A stretch of 64,000 bases of DNA. Source: Candidatus Zixiibacteriota bacterium (GTDB taxonomy: Bacteria > RBG-13-66-14 > B26-G2 > WVWN01). Numbering within the stretch: position 1 is the stretch's first letter; each line of letters starts with the position of its first letter. The position numbers and the translations under genes are program-made. The stretch spans positions 284,845 through 348,844 of the forward strand of contig JASFLY010000001.1 of the NCBI GenBank assembly GCA_050117845.1, written 5' to 3'. Below, in pieces: positions 1 through 8,311 of the stretch. Below the pieces are notes generated by a model. The model made no database searches. It was not told the origin of the DNA and saw nothing but the letters and a program-made list of their open reading frames with translations.

Positions 1-710
1 TTGTCGTCGGTCACGAGGCCCACGTAGTAGGTCTCCTGGCCCCCGAAGGCTTCGGACAGGACGAGGTCCACGTACTCCTGGTTCTTCAGGACGACGTCCT
101 CGAAGAGCTGGAACGTGAACTTGGAGAACTCCACCGCCTCTTCGGCGTGCTTCCGCATCTCCTCGCGGGCCTCGGGGTCGAGGGGCCGCGAAATACCGCC
201 CGGAAGGGCGATGATGGGGTGCGTTCGTTTGCCGCCGAAGTACTTCATGACGTCTATGGATTTGGCGCGCATCTCGATGACCTTGGCGCCTATCTCCAGT
301 CCCACCTTGCCTACGACGCCGAGGATGTTCCGCTCGGCCGGGTCGGCCATGGGTCCCAAAACGAAATCGGGGGCCGCGAGGTAGTAGAAATGCAGGAGGT
401 GGTCGTAGAAAGTGTACGAGTTGTATATCATCCGCCGGAGTCTCTCGCCGTTGGGCGGAAGTTCTACCCGGTAAACCGCGTCATTTGCCTTCGCACCTGC
501 GAAGTGATGGACTAAGGGTCAAACGCCGCAGATACGGGGCGTGATCCGGGGTACCTCTTCCACCGGCCGGCCCACGCAGAATTGCTCGAAGCCGCGCAGC
601 TCCGGTATCTGAAGGTACGCCTCGGCCACGTCGCCCGCGTCGTCCAAAAAGATCGCGATCTTGCCGTGCCCTTCGAGGCGAGAGATAGGGTCTATCTCGA
701 TTTTTTTCAT
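1..710 (-). CDS. mvhA: [NiFe]-hydrogenase group 3c large subunit (MvhA-like); 3' end lies outside the window; in-frame TGA at 519-521 (probable Sec)
   Basis: [12 protein letters not shown]...RGFE...PRICGV then TGA. The same frame continues [16 protein letters not shown]...[28 protein letters not shown]...[12 protein letters not shown], which are MvhA motifs. Follows mvhG. Confidence 0.92.
489..504 (-). promoter_or_regulatory. Candidate bacterial SECIS hairpin in mvhA
   Basis: Minus strand reads TGA-CCCTTAGTCCATCA-CTTCGC-AGGT-GCGAAG: a perfect 6-bp stem whose G-containing loop starts 20 nt after the UGA. The stem extends via GTC(C)AT/ATGAC. Confidence 0.7.
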
Positions 711-778
711 AACCTTCTCTCCGTAAGGTTAATCGGGCTTAACTTGCGTATATCCGTGGCGCCGCCGTGAGCGGCGCG

Positions 779-1762
779 CTAGTCTTCCTCTTTTTTATCG
801 AACTCGCCGCGCTGGACGCCCAGAAGCGACTTGGCCAGGCCGAAGCGATAGAAGTACCCGGCCGGGTCGTCCAGCTTGCCGAGGATATTGTCGGCTTCCT
901 CGTCGGTGTCGGCCACGGTGATGGAGGCGATGGCCGAGGCCAGCTTGGCTCCCATGTCGTCGACCTTGTCGGTGGGGCCGAAGCAGCCGCGGCAGGCCTG
1001 GCCGGCCACGATGCACGCCGCCTCGCAGCCGTCGCGCGTCGCCGGCCCGCAGCACATTATCCCCTGCTCGAGCAGGCATTTCTCCGGGTCGTTCTCGACG
1101 AGGTGAATGCGCTTGAACTCCTTGACCTGTTTCTCCTCGGAGCGCGTCCGCGGACACTCGTCGCACACGGCCTTGGTGCCGGCGATGACCGTGCCCTTGG
1201 GCGGAAGTTCGCCCGAGGCCACCGCCTCGACCGCCGCGATTATCCACTTCGGCTGGGGCGGGCATCCCGGGAGGTAGTAGTCCACGTCGATGACCTGGTC
1301 GAGAGCGTAGGTCCGGTCCATCGCCCGGGGGAGGGTGAGTTCGCCTTCCGGAGCCTCGAACGAGGTCTGGGGCCGGGTGCCCTCGGGGTTGTTGACCGAC
1401 GGGACGGTGTCGTACATCCGGTGCGCGAGCTGTTCCGTGGTCCAGAAATTCCCCAGGGACGGAATGCCGCCCATCTGGGCGCACGCGCCGAAGGCCACGA
1501 TGAACGCGCTCTTTTGCCGGAGCAGTTTGGCGTGGTGCACGTCGTGGTCGGTGCGAACCGCGCCGTTGAAGAAACCGACCGTAACGCTGCCGTCCGGCAG
1601 GGCTTCCAGGTGATGGTCTTTGAAATCGAGCGCCGTGGGCCAGTAGACGATGTCGGCGAGTTCGGCCACCTTGAGGATGACCTCGTCGATGTCCACTATG
1701 GCGATTTCGCAGCCGCCGCAGCTTGCGGAGGGCATGAACGCGAACTTGAATTTATCAGGCAT
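779..1762 (-). CDS. mvhG: [NiFe]-hydrogenase small subunit (MvhG/HoxY family)
   Basis: SASCGGC, FGACAQMGGI, YLPGCPP, CLLEQGIMCCGPATRDGC...CRGC motifs. Confidence 0.92.
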   Translation of the reverse strand: MPDKFKFAFMPSASCGGCEIAIVDIDEVILKVAELADIVYWPTALDFKDHHLEALPDGSVTVGFFNGAVRTDHDVHHAKLLRQKSAFIVAFGACAQMGGIPSLGNFWTTEQLAHRMYDTVPSVNNPEGTRPQTSFEAPEGELTLPRAMDRTYALDQVIDVDYYLPGCPPQPKWIIAAVEAVASGELPPKGTVIAGTKAVCDECPRTRSEEKQVKEFKRIHLVENDPEKCLLEQGIMCCGPATRDGCEAACIVAGQACRGCFGPTDKVDDMGAKLASAIASITVADTDEEADNILGKLDDPAGYFYRFGLAKSLLGVQRGEFDKKEED

Positions 1763-2204
1763 GGACTTCCTCCTGGGCTACTGCGGGATCCTCGACTCCC
1801 GCCGGTAACGGCCCCAGCTTCCGAATTTCCTCCGTGAAACTGGTAATAACCTCGGCGAAACGCTGGGCTTCGGAGGCGCTTATCCACTCCAGCCGCAGGC
1901 GGTCCGGATTCAAGCCCATTTGCGCCAACACCTTTTTAAGGAGCACTATCCGCCGGAGGGTTTTGTAGTTCCCCTCCTGGTAATGGCAGTCCCCGGGGTG
2001 GCAGCCGCCCACCAGGACGCCGTCGGCGCCGTGGGCGAAAGCGTCCAGGACGAACTGGGGGTCCACACGTCCGGAGCACATTAACCGCACCGGCCTCACG
2101 TTGGTCGGGTATTTGAGGCGGGAAGTGCCGGCCAGGTCCGCGCCGGTATAGGTGCACCAGGTACAGAACAAGCCGACGATTTTCGGTTCGAATGTTTCCG
2201 ACAT
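1755..2204 (-). CDS. mvhD: MvhD-type [2Fe-2S] hydrogenase iron-sulfur subunit (copy 3)
   Basis: FCTWCTYTGADLAG, MCSGRVDP, GCHPGDCHY, WISASE; start placed at ATG 2204 behind an RBS. Confidence 0.93.
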   Translation of the reverse strand: MSETFEPKIVGLFCTWCTYTGADLAGTSRLKYPTNVRPVRLMCSGRVDPQFVLDAFAHGADGVLVGGCHPGDCHYQEGNYKTLRRIVLLKKVLAQMGLNPDRLRLEWISASEAQRFAEVITSFTEEIRKLGPLPAGVEDPAVAQEEVHA

Positions 2205-2253
2205 ACTCGCACCTTCCTCGCAAGAGGGAGTCGTAAAACGAAGGGGGATGCCC

Positions 2254-2679
2254 CTAAATAAACATCTCCTCACGGGTGGGATTCGGGCCCGCTTCCTTGA
2301 GCGACTCGGTCATAGCCGTTACGACGCGCTTAACCTTCGTGCCCTCCGAAGCCGGTATCCAGACCAGCTTTAACCGCCGGTTATCGAGTCCCACCGTGTC
2401 GAATATCTTTTCAACCATTGCGTAGCGGCGCCGCGTCTGGTAATTGCCCGTTTTGTAATGGCAATCGCCCGGCGCGCACCCCGCCACCAGAACGCCGTCG
2501 GCCCCGGCCAAGAGAGCCCCGAGCCCGAAAACCGGATCGGCCCGGCTCGAGCACATCACGCGGACGACCTTCGTCGTGGGCGGCATTTTCAAGCGGCTTA
2601 CGCCCGCCAGGTCCGCCGCGGTATAAGAACACCACCGGCAGAAGATACCCAGGATATCGGGTACGAATTCGTCGCCCAT
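2254..2679 (-). CDS. mvhD: MvhD-type [2Fe-2S] subunit (copy 2)
   Basis: FCRWCSYTAADLAG, MCSSRADP, GCAPGDCHY; ATG 2679 overlaps the upstream stop (TAATG). Confidence 0.9.
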   Translation of the reverse strand: MGDEFVPDILGIFCRWCSYTAADLAGVSRLKMPPTTKVVRVMCSSRADPVFGLGALLAGADGVLVAGCAPGDCHYKTGNYQTRRRYAMVEKIFDTVGLDNRRLKLVWIPASEGTKVKRVVTAMTESLKEAGPNPTREEMFI

Positions 2680-3794
2680 TATCCGAACCTCTCTTCGCCG
2701 ATTTCCGTGAGTTCTTCTTCCTCGAAACGTTTGAGGGGCAACTCTTCCTCGGCGTCCTTGCCCGGGATGTATTCGAAGAGTTCCTGCGCCTCGCCGCCCA
2801 CCTTCGCGAACAGCGTCGCGACCGGGATATATACCGGGCAGGCGTCCGCGCACATGCCGCAGCCCACGCACGACGCGCTCATGTGCGTCATGCGGCCGAG
2901 GTGGAAGAGTAGCGTGTCGGGCGGCACGCGCGTCCCGGCCTTCCGTTTCAGGTGAACCTCGAAGGTCCGGGCCGTCGGCTCGGTCGTCGCCGAATCGAAG
3001 TAGCAAACCTCGCAACAACATATGGGGCACACGCTGCGGCAACTGCGACAACCGACGCAACGGCCGAAGAGGGCCACCAGACCCTCCAGGCCCGGGGCCG
3101 CCAGCGGCTCGCTCGCGAACAGCTCGGCGCGCGCCGCCTCCCGCTTTGTGCGTAAGGCCTTTACGCCCGCCGTCTCGGCCGTGGCTTCGGCCTCGGCGCC
3201 CTCCAAACCTTCGAGGGCCTCTTCACCGCGCGGCGTGTTCGCGACCACGGTTACGGCGCCGCCGGCACCCACCGCCGCCACTACTACGTCCGCGCCGAAC
3301 GGCGCGAAGTGCTCGCAGGCCGAACAGGTGGGCCGCAAGCCCTCGGGGACGTCGCCCTTCGCCAGGGCCTCCCAGTAGGCCGGGAGCTTGTCGGCCAGGC
3401 CGCCGTCTAAAACCGCGTCCAGCGGATATACGCCGCCGCACGTCGTACTTATTATAAGCAGGTTATCGGTATTTATTTGGTTCAGCTTGCCCAGTTCCAC
3501 GAAGGCCCGCAATTCGCAAGGCCGGAGGAACGCCGCCACCGGCTCCTCGAACCCGGCAGAGAGCGTAAGGTGGGACAGAACGCCGCCGGCGTTGGCCGGC
3601 ATGAACGGGTACAGCGGCGTGGCGCGGTCGAGTATGGCCTCGTCGGCCACGAGCTGGTAGTTTACCTCGCCCGCGGGGCCGGCTTCGACGAGTGTCGTCA
3701 CGGCCCGCACCTTGCCGGCCGCGAGAAGGGACTTCAAAAGATCGCGTGCCGCGGCGTTCGCTCCGTCCGCGGCTATGGATATCGCCTTAACCAC
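2679..3794 (-). CDS. FdhB/FrhB-family 4Fe-4S dicluster protein (copy 2)
   Basis: LRPCELRA, CVGCRSCRSVCPICCC, FHLGRMTHMSASCVGCGMCADACP. Confidence 0.85.
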   Translation of the reverse strand: MVKAISIAADGANAAARDLLKSLLAAGKVRAVTTLVEAGPAGEVNYQLVADEAILDRATPLYPFMPANAGGVLSHLTLSAGFEEPVAAFLRPCELRAFVELGKLNQINTDNLLIISTTCGGVYPLDAVLDGGLADKLPAYWEALAKGDVPEGLRPTCSACEHFAPFGADVVVAAVGAGGAVTVVANTPRGEEALEGLEGAEAEATAETAGVKALRTKREAARAELFASEPLAAPGLEGLVALFGRCVGCRSCRSVCPICCCEVCYFDSATTEPTARTFEVHLKRKAGTRVPPDTLLFHLGRMTHMSASCVGCGMCADACPVYIPVATLFAKVGGEAQELFEYIPGKDAEEELPLKRFEEEELTEIGEERFG

Positions 3795-4926
3795 TCGTCT
3801 TCACCCCCTCCGTCTTCCGCGCTTCCGCGTAGGGCGCCATAACGGCGTTCAGTTCGTCCACCTGGTAATAGGTCGTGGGCACCGCCTCGGCGCGGTCGCG
3901 CCCCGCCTCGTAGTCGAAGGTGGCCTGGGTATTCGCGGCCACGAGGCCGAAGAGCTCGGCCACCGGGACGTGCGCCGGACAGGCGTCCTCGCACGCGCCG
4001 CACGATACGCAGGATAGGGACATGTGCGCCATGCGGCCGAGGTGGAACAGGAACGTATCGGTCGGGAGGCGCGCCGCCCCCTTGCGCTGAGCCCGGGCGA
4101 GGGTGTTGGCCGCCGGGACCTTCATCGCATCCGAGTCGAAGTAGCACTGGCGGCAGAAGCATATCGGGCATACGCTGCGGCAGGCGTGGCAGCCGATGCA
4201 GCTCACGAGCGTGGCCGCGAGCCCCTCGGCGCCGCCGGCCTCCCCCCGCAACTTAACGTGTGCCTCTTCCTTCGCCGCGCGCCGCTTCGCGGTGCGCTTC
4301 TTTACCTCGGCCTCCCACTCCTCGACGGGGCCGGCCTCGCCGAGGGACAATGCCTCGGCCGCGGCCTCCCCCGCCGCCGTCGCCGGCACGATAACGACGC
4401 TTCCCTCGGGCACGCCCAGCGTACCGACGTGCAGGTCGGCGGCCGTGTGGGAGAAGTGGTCGCAAGTCCGGCAAATCGACCGGGCGGGTTCTTCCTCCCC
4501 GGGCAGTAGTTTCTTAAACGAATCCTCCCCCGATTCGGGATTGACGACGTAATCCTTAAGCGGAACCGCGCCGGGACAATCCATGCTGATAAGGACGATG
4601 TCGTCCAGAGGCAGCTGGTCGCGCTTGTACAACTCCACCGCCGCTCGCACCTCGCAGGGCCGCAGGACCGCGGCCACCTTGCCGCTCGTTCCGTGCCGGG
4701 CGAGTTTGTAGAGGGCCCGGGCGCCCGAGACCGACATCACTGGCGGCAACGGCGTCGTGTTCTCCAATACGCCCGCGTCTCGGAGCAGCAACCAGGCGTA
4801 CGAGTCACCCGCCGGGACCTTCGCGGGCACGAGGACGGCGTCCCATAGGCCGGCTTCCAACCCGCGCGCGAGCAGGTCGCGTGCGGCCGAGCCGGGATCC
4901 GCGCTGGCGTAAGTTATGCCCTTCAT
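3787..4926 (-). CDS. FdhB/FrhB-family 4Fe-4S dicluster protein (copy 1)
   Basis: LRPCEVRA, CIGCHACRSVCPICFC, FHLGRMAHMSLSCVSCGACEDACP; paralog of 2679-3794. Confidence 0.85.
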   Translation of the reverse strand: MKGITYASADPGSAARDLLARGLEAGLWDAVLVPAKVPAGDSYAWLLLRDAGVLENTTPLPPVMSVSGARALYKLARHGTSGKVAAVLRPCEVRAAVELYKRDQLPLDDIVLISMDCPGAVPLKDYVVNPESGEDSFKKLLPGEEEPARSICRTCDHFSHTAADLHVGTLGVPEGSVVIVPATAAGEAAAEALSLGEAGPVEEWEAEVKKRTAKRRAAKEEAHVKLRGEAGGAEGLAATLVSCIGCHACRSVCPICFCRQCYFDSDAMKVPAANTLARAQRKGAARLPTDTFLFHLGRMAHMSLSCVSCGACEDACPAHVPVAELFGLVAANTQATFDYEAGRDRAEAVPTTYYQVDELNAVMAPYAEARKTEGVKTSG

Positions 4927-5348
4927 GTCGTCGTTATCCCGTTCAACGGGTTAGGTCCAATTCCTTTTAGGTGTTCGTTGAACTCCGCGGCGGTGTCCAC
5001 GAAACGGCGGCCTTCGCCGTGGGCCACGAAACGGAACCACAGCCGGTCCTCGCCCAGGTCGAGCGCGTCCAGTATGGACTTCGCAAGCGCTATGCGCCGC
5101 CGGGCGTGGTAGTTCCCCTCTTCGTAGTGGCAGTCACCCGGGTGACAGCCGCTCACCGCGACGCCGTCGGCGCCCTCCAGCAAAGCGCGGAGGATGTGGA
5201 CCGCGGGAAGTGAACCGGTGCAATTGACGCGGTAGAGCAGGACGTTCGCGGGGTACTTCAAGCCGTGGGCCCGGGCGCTCTCGGAGCCGCCGCTGCCACA
5301 CCAACTGCACAGCACGTAAAGTAGCTTGGGTTCGTACCCTTCGGCCAT
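4923..5348 (-). CDS. mvhD: MvhD-type [2Fe-2S] subunit (copy 1, divergent)
   Basis: LCSWCG, VNCTGS, GCHPGDCHYEEGN. Confidence 0.88.
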   Translation of the reverse strand: MAEGYEPKLLYVLCSWCGSGGSESARAHGLKYPANVLLYRVNCTGSLPAVHILRALLEGADGVAVSGCHPGDCHYEEGNYHARRRIALAKSILDALDLGEDRLWFRFVAHGEGRRFVDTAAEFNEHLKGIGPNPLNGITTT

Positions 5349-5357
5349 AAAAGCCCC

Positions 5358-8294
5358 TTAAGACAGGACGGCGTCGAGTGTAGCTATGCTTTGTATCCCC
5401 GTAAAGTCCCGCAGGAACGAGGCGTCGTTCGGGCAGGCGGCCACGCAGGTGCCGCAGGAGTCGCACAGGAACGGCCTGACGAAAGCCACCTTCTTGCGAA
5501 CGTCGATGGCGCGGGCGCCGTACGGACAGACGTCGACGCACACGCCACAGCCCATGCACAACGCGTCCTTCACGCCGGCCACGAAAGCGGCGTTCGGCGG
5601 CGGCATCTTCTTTTTCCCGAGCATGACTATAGCCCGCCCCGCGGCGTCGCGCGCCGTGAGCAGTATTCCCTGGAAGGGCCGCGGCGAGTGGGCCAGGCCG
5701 GCGGCGAAAACGCCGTTGGTGGCCAGCTCGAACGGCTTGGTCAAACGCTTAATCGCTTCCTCGAAGGGGAAGGCGTTGGCGTCGCTGTCGAAGAAGCCGT
5801 CCGCGTCCAGCGGAAGGCCGAACATCGCCGAGAGGGCCTCGTTGTTCTCCCGCTCCGGGACTACGCCGACGCTGAGCACCACGGCCTTCGCGGCGAGCGC
5901 TTCGCCGTCCGCGAGCTTGACCGTAAGGCCCTTCTTGCCGGCCTCGACCGTCGGGTAGGCGTCCTCGTCGAAGCGGCTGAACTTCACCCCGGCCTTTTGG
6001 GCTCGACGGTAGAGGTCATCCTCGGCGCCGTAGGTAACCATGTCGCGGTACAGCACCGTAACCTTGGCGCCGCCCTCGGACAGCGCCAACGCGTTACGCA
6101 GGGCCTGGGCGCAACACACCCGGGAGCAGTAGGGCCTCTCGGGGATGCGCGAGCCGACGCACTGAATCATCACCACGTCGCCCCCCGGCTTCTCGCCGGC
6201 CGCCAGCTTCTCGGCCAACTCCCGTTGCGTCATTACGCGGTCGTCGTCGCCGTAGCCGAAGCCCTCGGGGCGGTACTCGCGCGCGCCGGTAGCCAACACC
6301 ACGATGCCGAAGCGCTCGACCACGTCCCCGTCCTTCGTCTCGATCCTGACGTTGTAGTTGCCCGCGTATCCGCTCGCGGCGGCGGGGGTAGCGCCGGTAT
6401 GCACCGTTATACGCTCGTTCTCCCCCACGCGTTTCGTCAGTTCGTCCAGGTACGCCCGCTCTTCGCCGTCGAGGCCGACCGGGTTGCCGCCCGGCCGTTC
6501 GCCGCGGTCCACCAGCGTCACGTCGAAGCCGCCGGCCGCGATGCCCTCCGCGGCCGCCAAGCCGGCCAGGCCGCCGCCCACCACCAGCGCCCGGGGCGTG
6601 AAGGCGTCGGTCTCGAGGGGTTCCTGGTAGGCGCGTTTGGCCGCCTCCACCGCGCCGCGGATGAGCGATAGCCCCTTGGCCTGCATTCCGGCCGGGTCGT
6701 CGTGGGCGTCGATTACGTCTTCGCGGAGCGAAACCAGCCGAAGCAGAAGCGGGCTCAAGCCGGCCATCATCGCCGTTTTGCGATACTTCAACAGCTTCTG
6801 CAGCGGCGTGCATACGGCGAGGACCACGCGGTTCACGCCGGACTCTTTTATTCTTTCGGCGGTGGCCTTCATCGTGGGGGGCGTGCAACAGCCCTCGACG
6901 ATTTCGGCGTGGCCTACGCCGCCCAGGGCCGCCGCTTGCTCGCGCAACGCTTCCAGGTCCATCCGCTCGGAAAAGGTCCCGTGGCAGGAGCAAATGAACA
7001 CGCCGACGTTGGGAACCTCGCCGCTAACGTTCCGCAGCTCCGGAGGCGGCGCCGGCTTGAAGTTCTTTTCTCCCAGGTACGCCGAGACCTCGGGCAGGAG
7101 GGCGCAACCCTCCCACACCGTCTCGGGATTGCCCTTTACGCCGGAGCATTCGCCGACGCAGAAGACCCCCGGGACCTCCGTTTCGGTGGAGGAGAACGAG
7201 CGCAGGCGGCAGAAACCCCGTTCGTCGGGCTTGATACCCGTGACCGCGGTTATGCTCTCCATCGTCGCCGGCGATTTCTGGCCCGTTACCAATATGACGA
7301 GTTCGGCCTCGTACTTCTCGCCCTTGGCGCCTCGTTTAAATTTGACGACGGCGCCCTTGCCCTTGGGTTCGGCCGTAACGGCCTCGGCCCGAATGAACTC
7401 CACGCCGGCCTCGCGGGCCTTCAGGTACTGGCGATAGTGGCCTTTGCCAAAGCCGCGGTAGTCGGAGAGGAACACCGTAATTTCGGCCTCGGGCATCAAT
7501 TCCTTGATTTTGGCGGCGCGGTACGCGGCCGTAACCGATAGGTTGTAATTTTCGTACTCCACGCCCGGCCCGTTGAAATGGGGCGTTACTATAATGGCGA
7601 ACTTGGCGGGGACTTCGCCCGAGGGCAACCGCACGGCGTCCTTCACGAAATTGGTCAGCAGGGACCGTCCCGCGACTTCCGCGTTGCTCACAATCGCCGG
7701 CGACTTCCCCGCGCCGAAGGCCGCGAGGTCCTCGTCGGTAGGGGACTCGTATTCGCACGCGACGATGATGGCTCCCACGTCGGCCTCGACGGTCTCCTCC
7801 GGCCGCTCTATTTTGATGCAGGACGTGGGGCAGACTTCCTCGCACTTGCCGCACTTCGTGCAGTGCTCTTCGTCGACGACGTAGATGTTCTCCCACCCGG
7901 CCTCGGGAACGACGGTTATGGCCTTACGGCCGTCGACCTCCACCGGGCACACCTCGACGCACTTGTCGCACTCGATGCACGCGAAGTTGTTGACGTACTG
8001 GTCTTTTTTCTTAAATTTAACCTTGAACCCGCCGGCTTCGCCCTCCACGGACAGAAGCTCGGCGTTGTAATTATCGGTCAGACAACCCAGCGCCTTGAAG
8101 AGGCGCTGCGGCATATGGCCACATATCCAGCAGAAGTCGAGCGGGAGCTGGGCGAGAGCCTGGTACTTAATCTCGTCGACGTAACGCCCGCGGTTGAGCA
8201 GGACGACCTTATGGCCGTCCTTGCAAAGGGCGTAGGCCGCGCGGTAGCCGGCCAGGTTCGTCCCGTAGACTAATACGCTGCTCTCTTTGGCCAT
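5358..8294 (-). CDS. hdrA: Large tandem-type HdrA-like FAD/Fe-S protein with a degenerate first FAD module
   Basis: N half: VYGTNLAG, DFCWIC and a ferredoxin insert. C half: VFICSC, VVGGGLAG, IQCVGSR...YCSRVCC and terminal 2x[4Fe-4S]. Start set at MAKESS (8294). Confidence 0.85.
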   Translation of the reverse strand: MAKESSVLVYGTNLAGYRAAYALCKDGHKVVLLNRGRYVDEIKYQALAQLPLDFCWICGHMPQRLFKALGCLTDNYNAELLSVEGEAGGFKVKFKKKDQYVNNFACIECDKCVEVCPVEVDGRKAITVVPEAGWENIYVVDEEHCTKCGKCEEVCPTSCIKIERPEETVEADVGAIIVACEYESPTDEDLAAFGAGKSPAIVSNAEVAGRSLLTNFVKDAVRLPSGEVPAKFAIIVTPHFNGPGVEYENYNLSVTAAYRAAKIKELMPEAEITVFLSDYRGFGKGHYRQYLKAREAGVEFIRAEAVTAEPKGKGAVVKFKRGAKGEKYEAELVILVTGQKSPATMESITAVTGIKPDERGFCRLRSFSSTETEVPGVFCVGECSGVKGNPETVWEGCALLPEVSAYLGEKNFKPAPPPELRNVSGEVPNVGVFICSCHGTFSERMDLEALREQAAALGGVGHAEIVEGCCTPPTMKATAERIKESGVNRVVLAVCTPLQKLLKYRKTAMMAGLSPLLLRLVSLREDVIDAHDDPAGMQAKGLSLIRGAVEAAKRAYQEPLETDAFTPRALVVGGGLAGLAAAEGIAAGGFDVTLVDRGERPGGNPVGLDGEERAYLDELTKRVGENERITVHTGATPAAASGYAGNYNVRIETKDGDVVERFGIVVLATGAREYRPEGFGYGDDDRVMTQRELAEKLAAGEKPGGDVVMIQCVGSRIPERPYCSRVCCAQALRNALALSEGGAKVTVLYRDMVTYGAEDDLYRRAQKAGVKFSRFDEDAYPTVEAGKKGLTVKLADGEALAAKAVVLSVGVVPERENNEALSAMFGLPLDADGFFDSDANAFPFEEAIKRLTKPFELATNGVFAAGLAHSPRPFQGILLTARDAAGRAIVMLGKKKMPPPNAAFVAGVKDALCMGCGVCVDVCPYGARAIDVRKKVAFVRPFLCDSCGTCVAACPNDASFLRDFTGIQSIATLDAVLS

Positions 8295-8311
8295 TACGCC
8301 ATCAGCTCCGA

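Noticed and set aside
519..710. 63-aa stand-alone ORF or pseudogene call for mvhA
   Set aside because: The frame continues past the TGA with intact MvhA motifs and a SECIS-like hairpin, so readthrough is more likely.
1755..5348. Selenocysteine in the MvhD subunits (frequent in other anaerobes)
   Set aside because: All three mvhD frames are open with Cys codons; no in-frame TGA was found.
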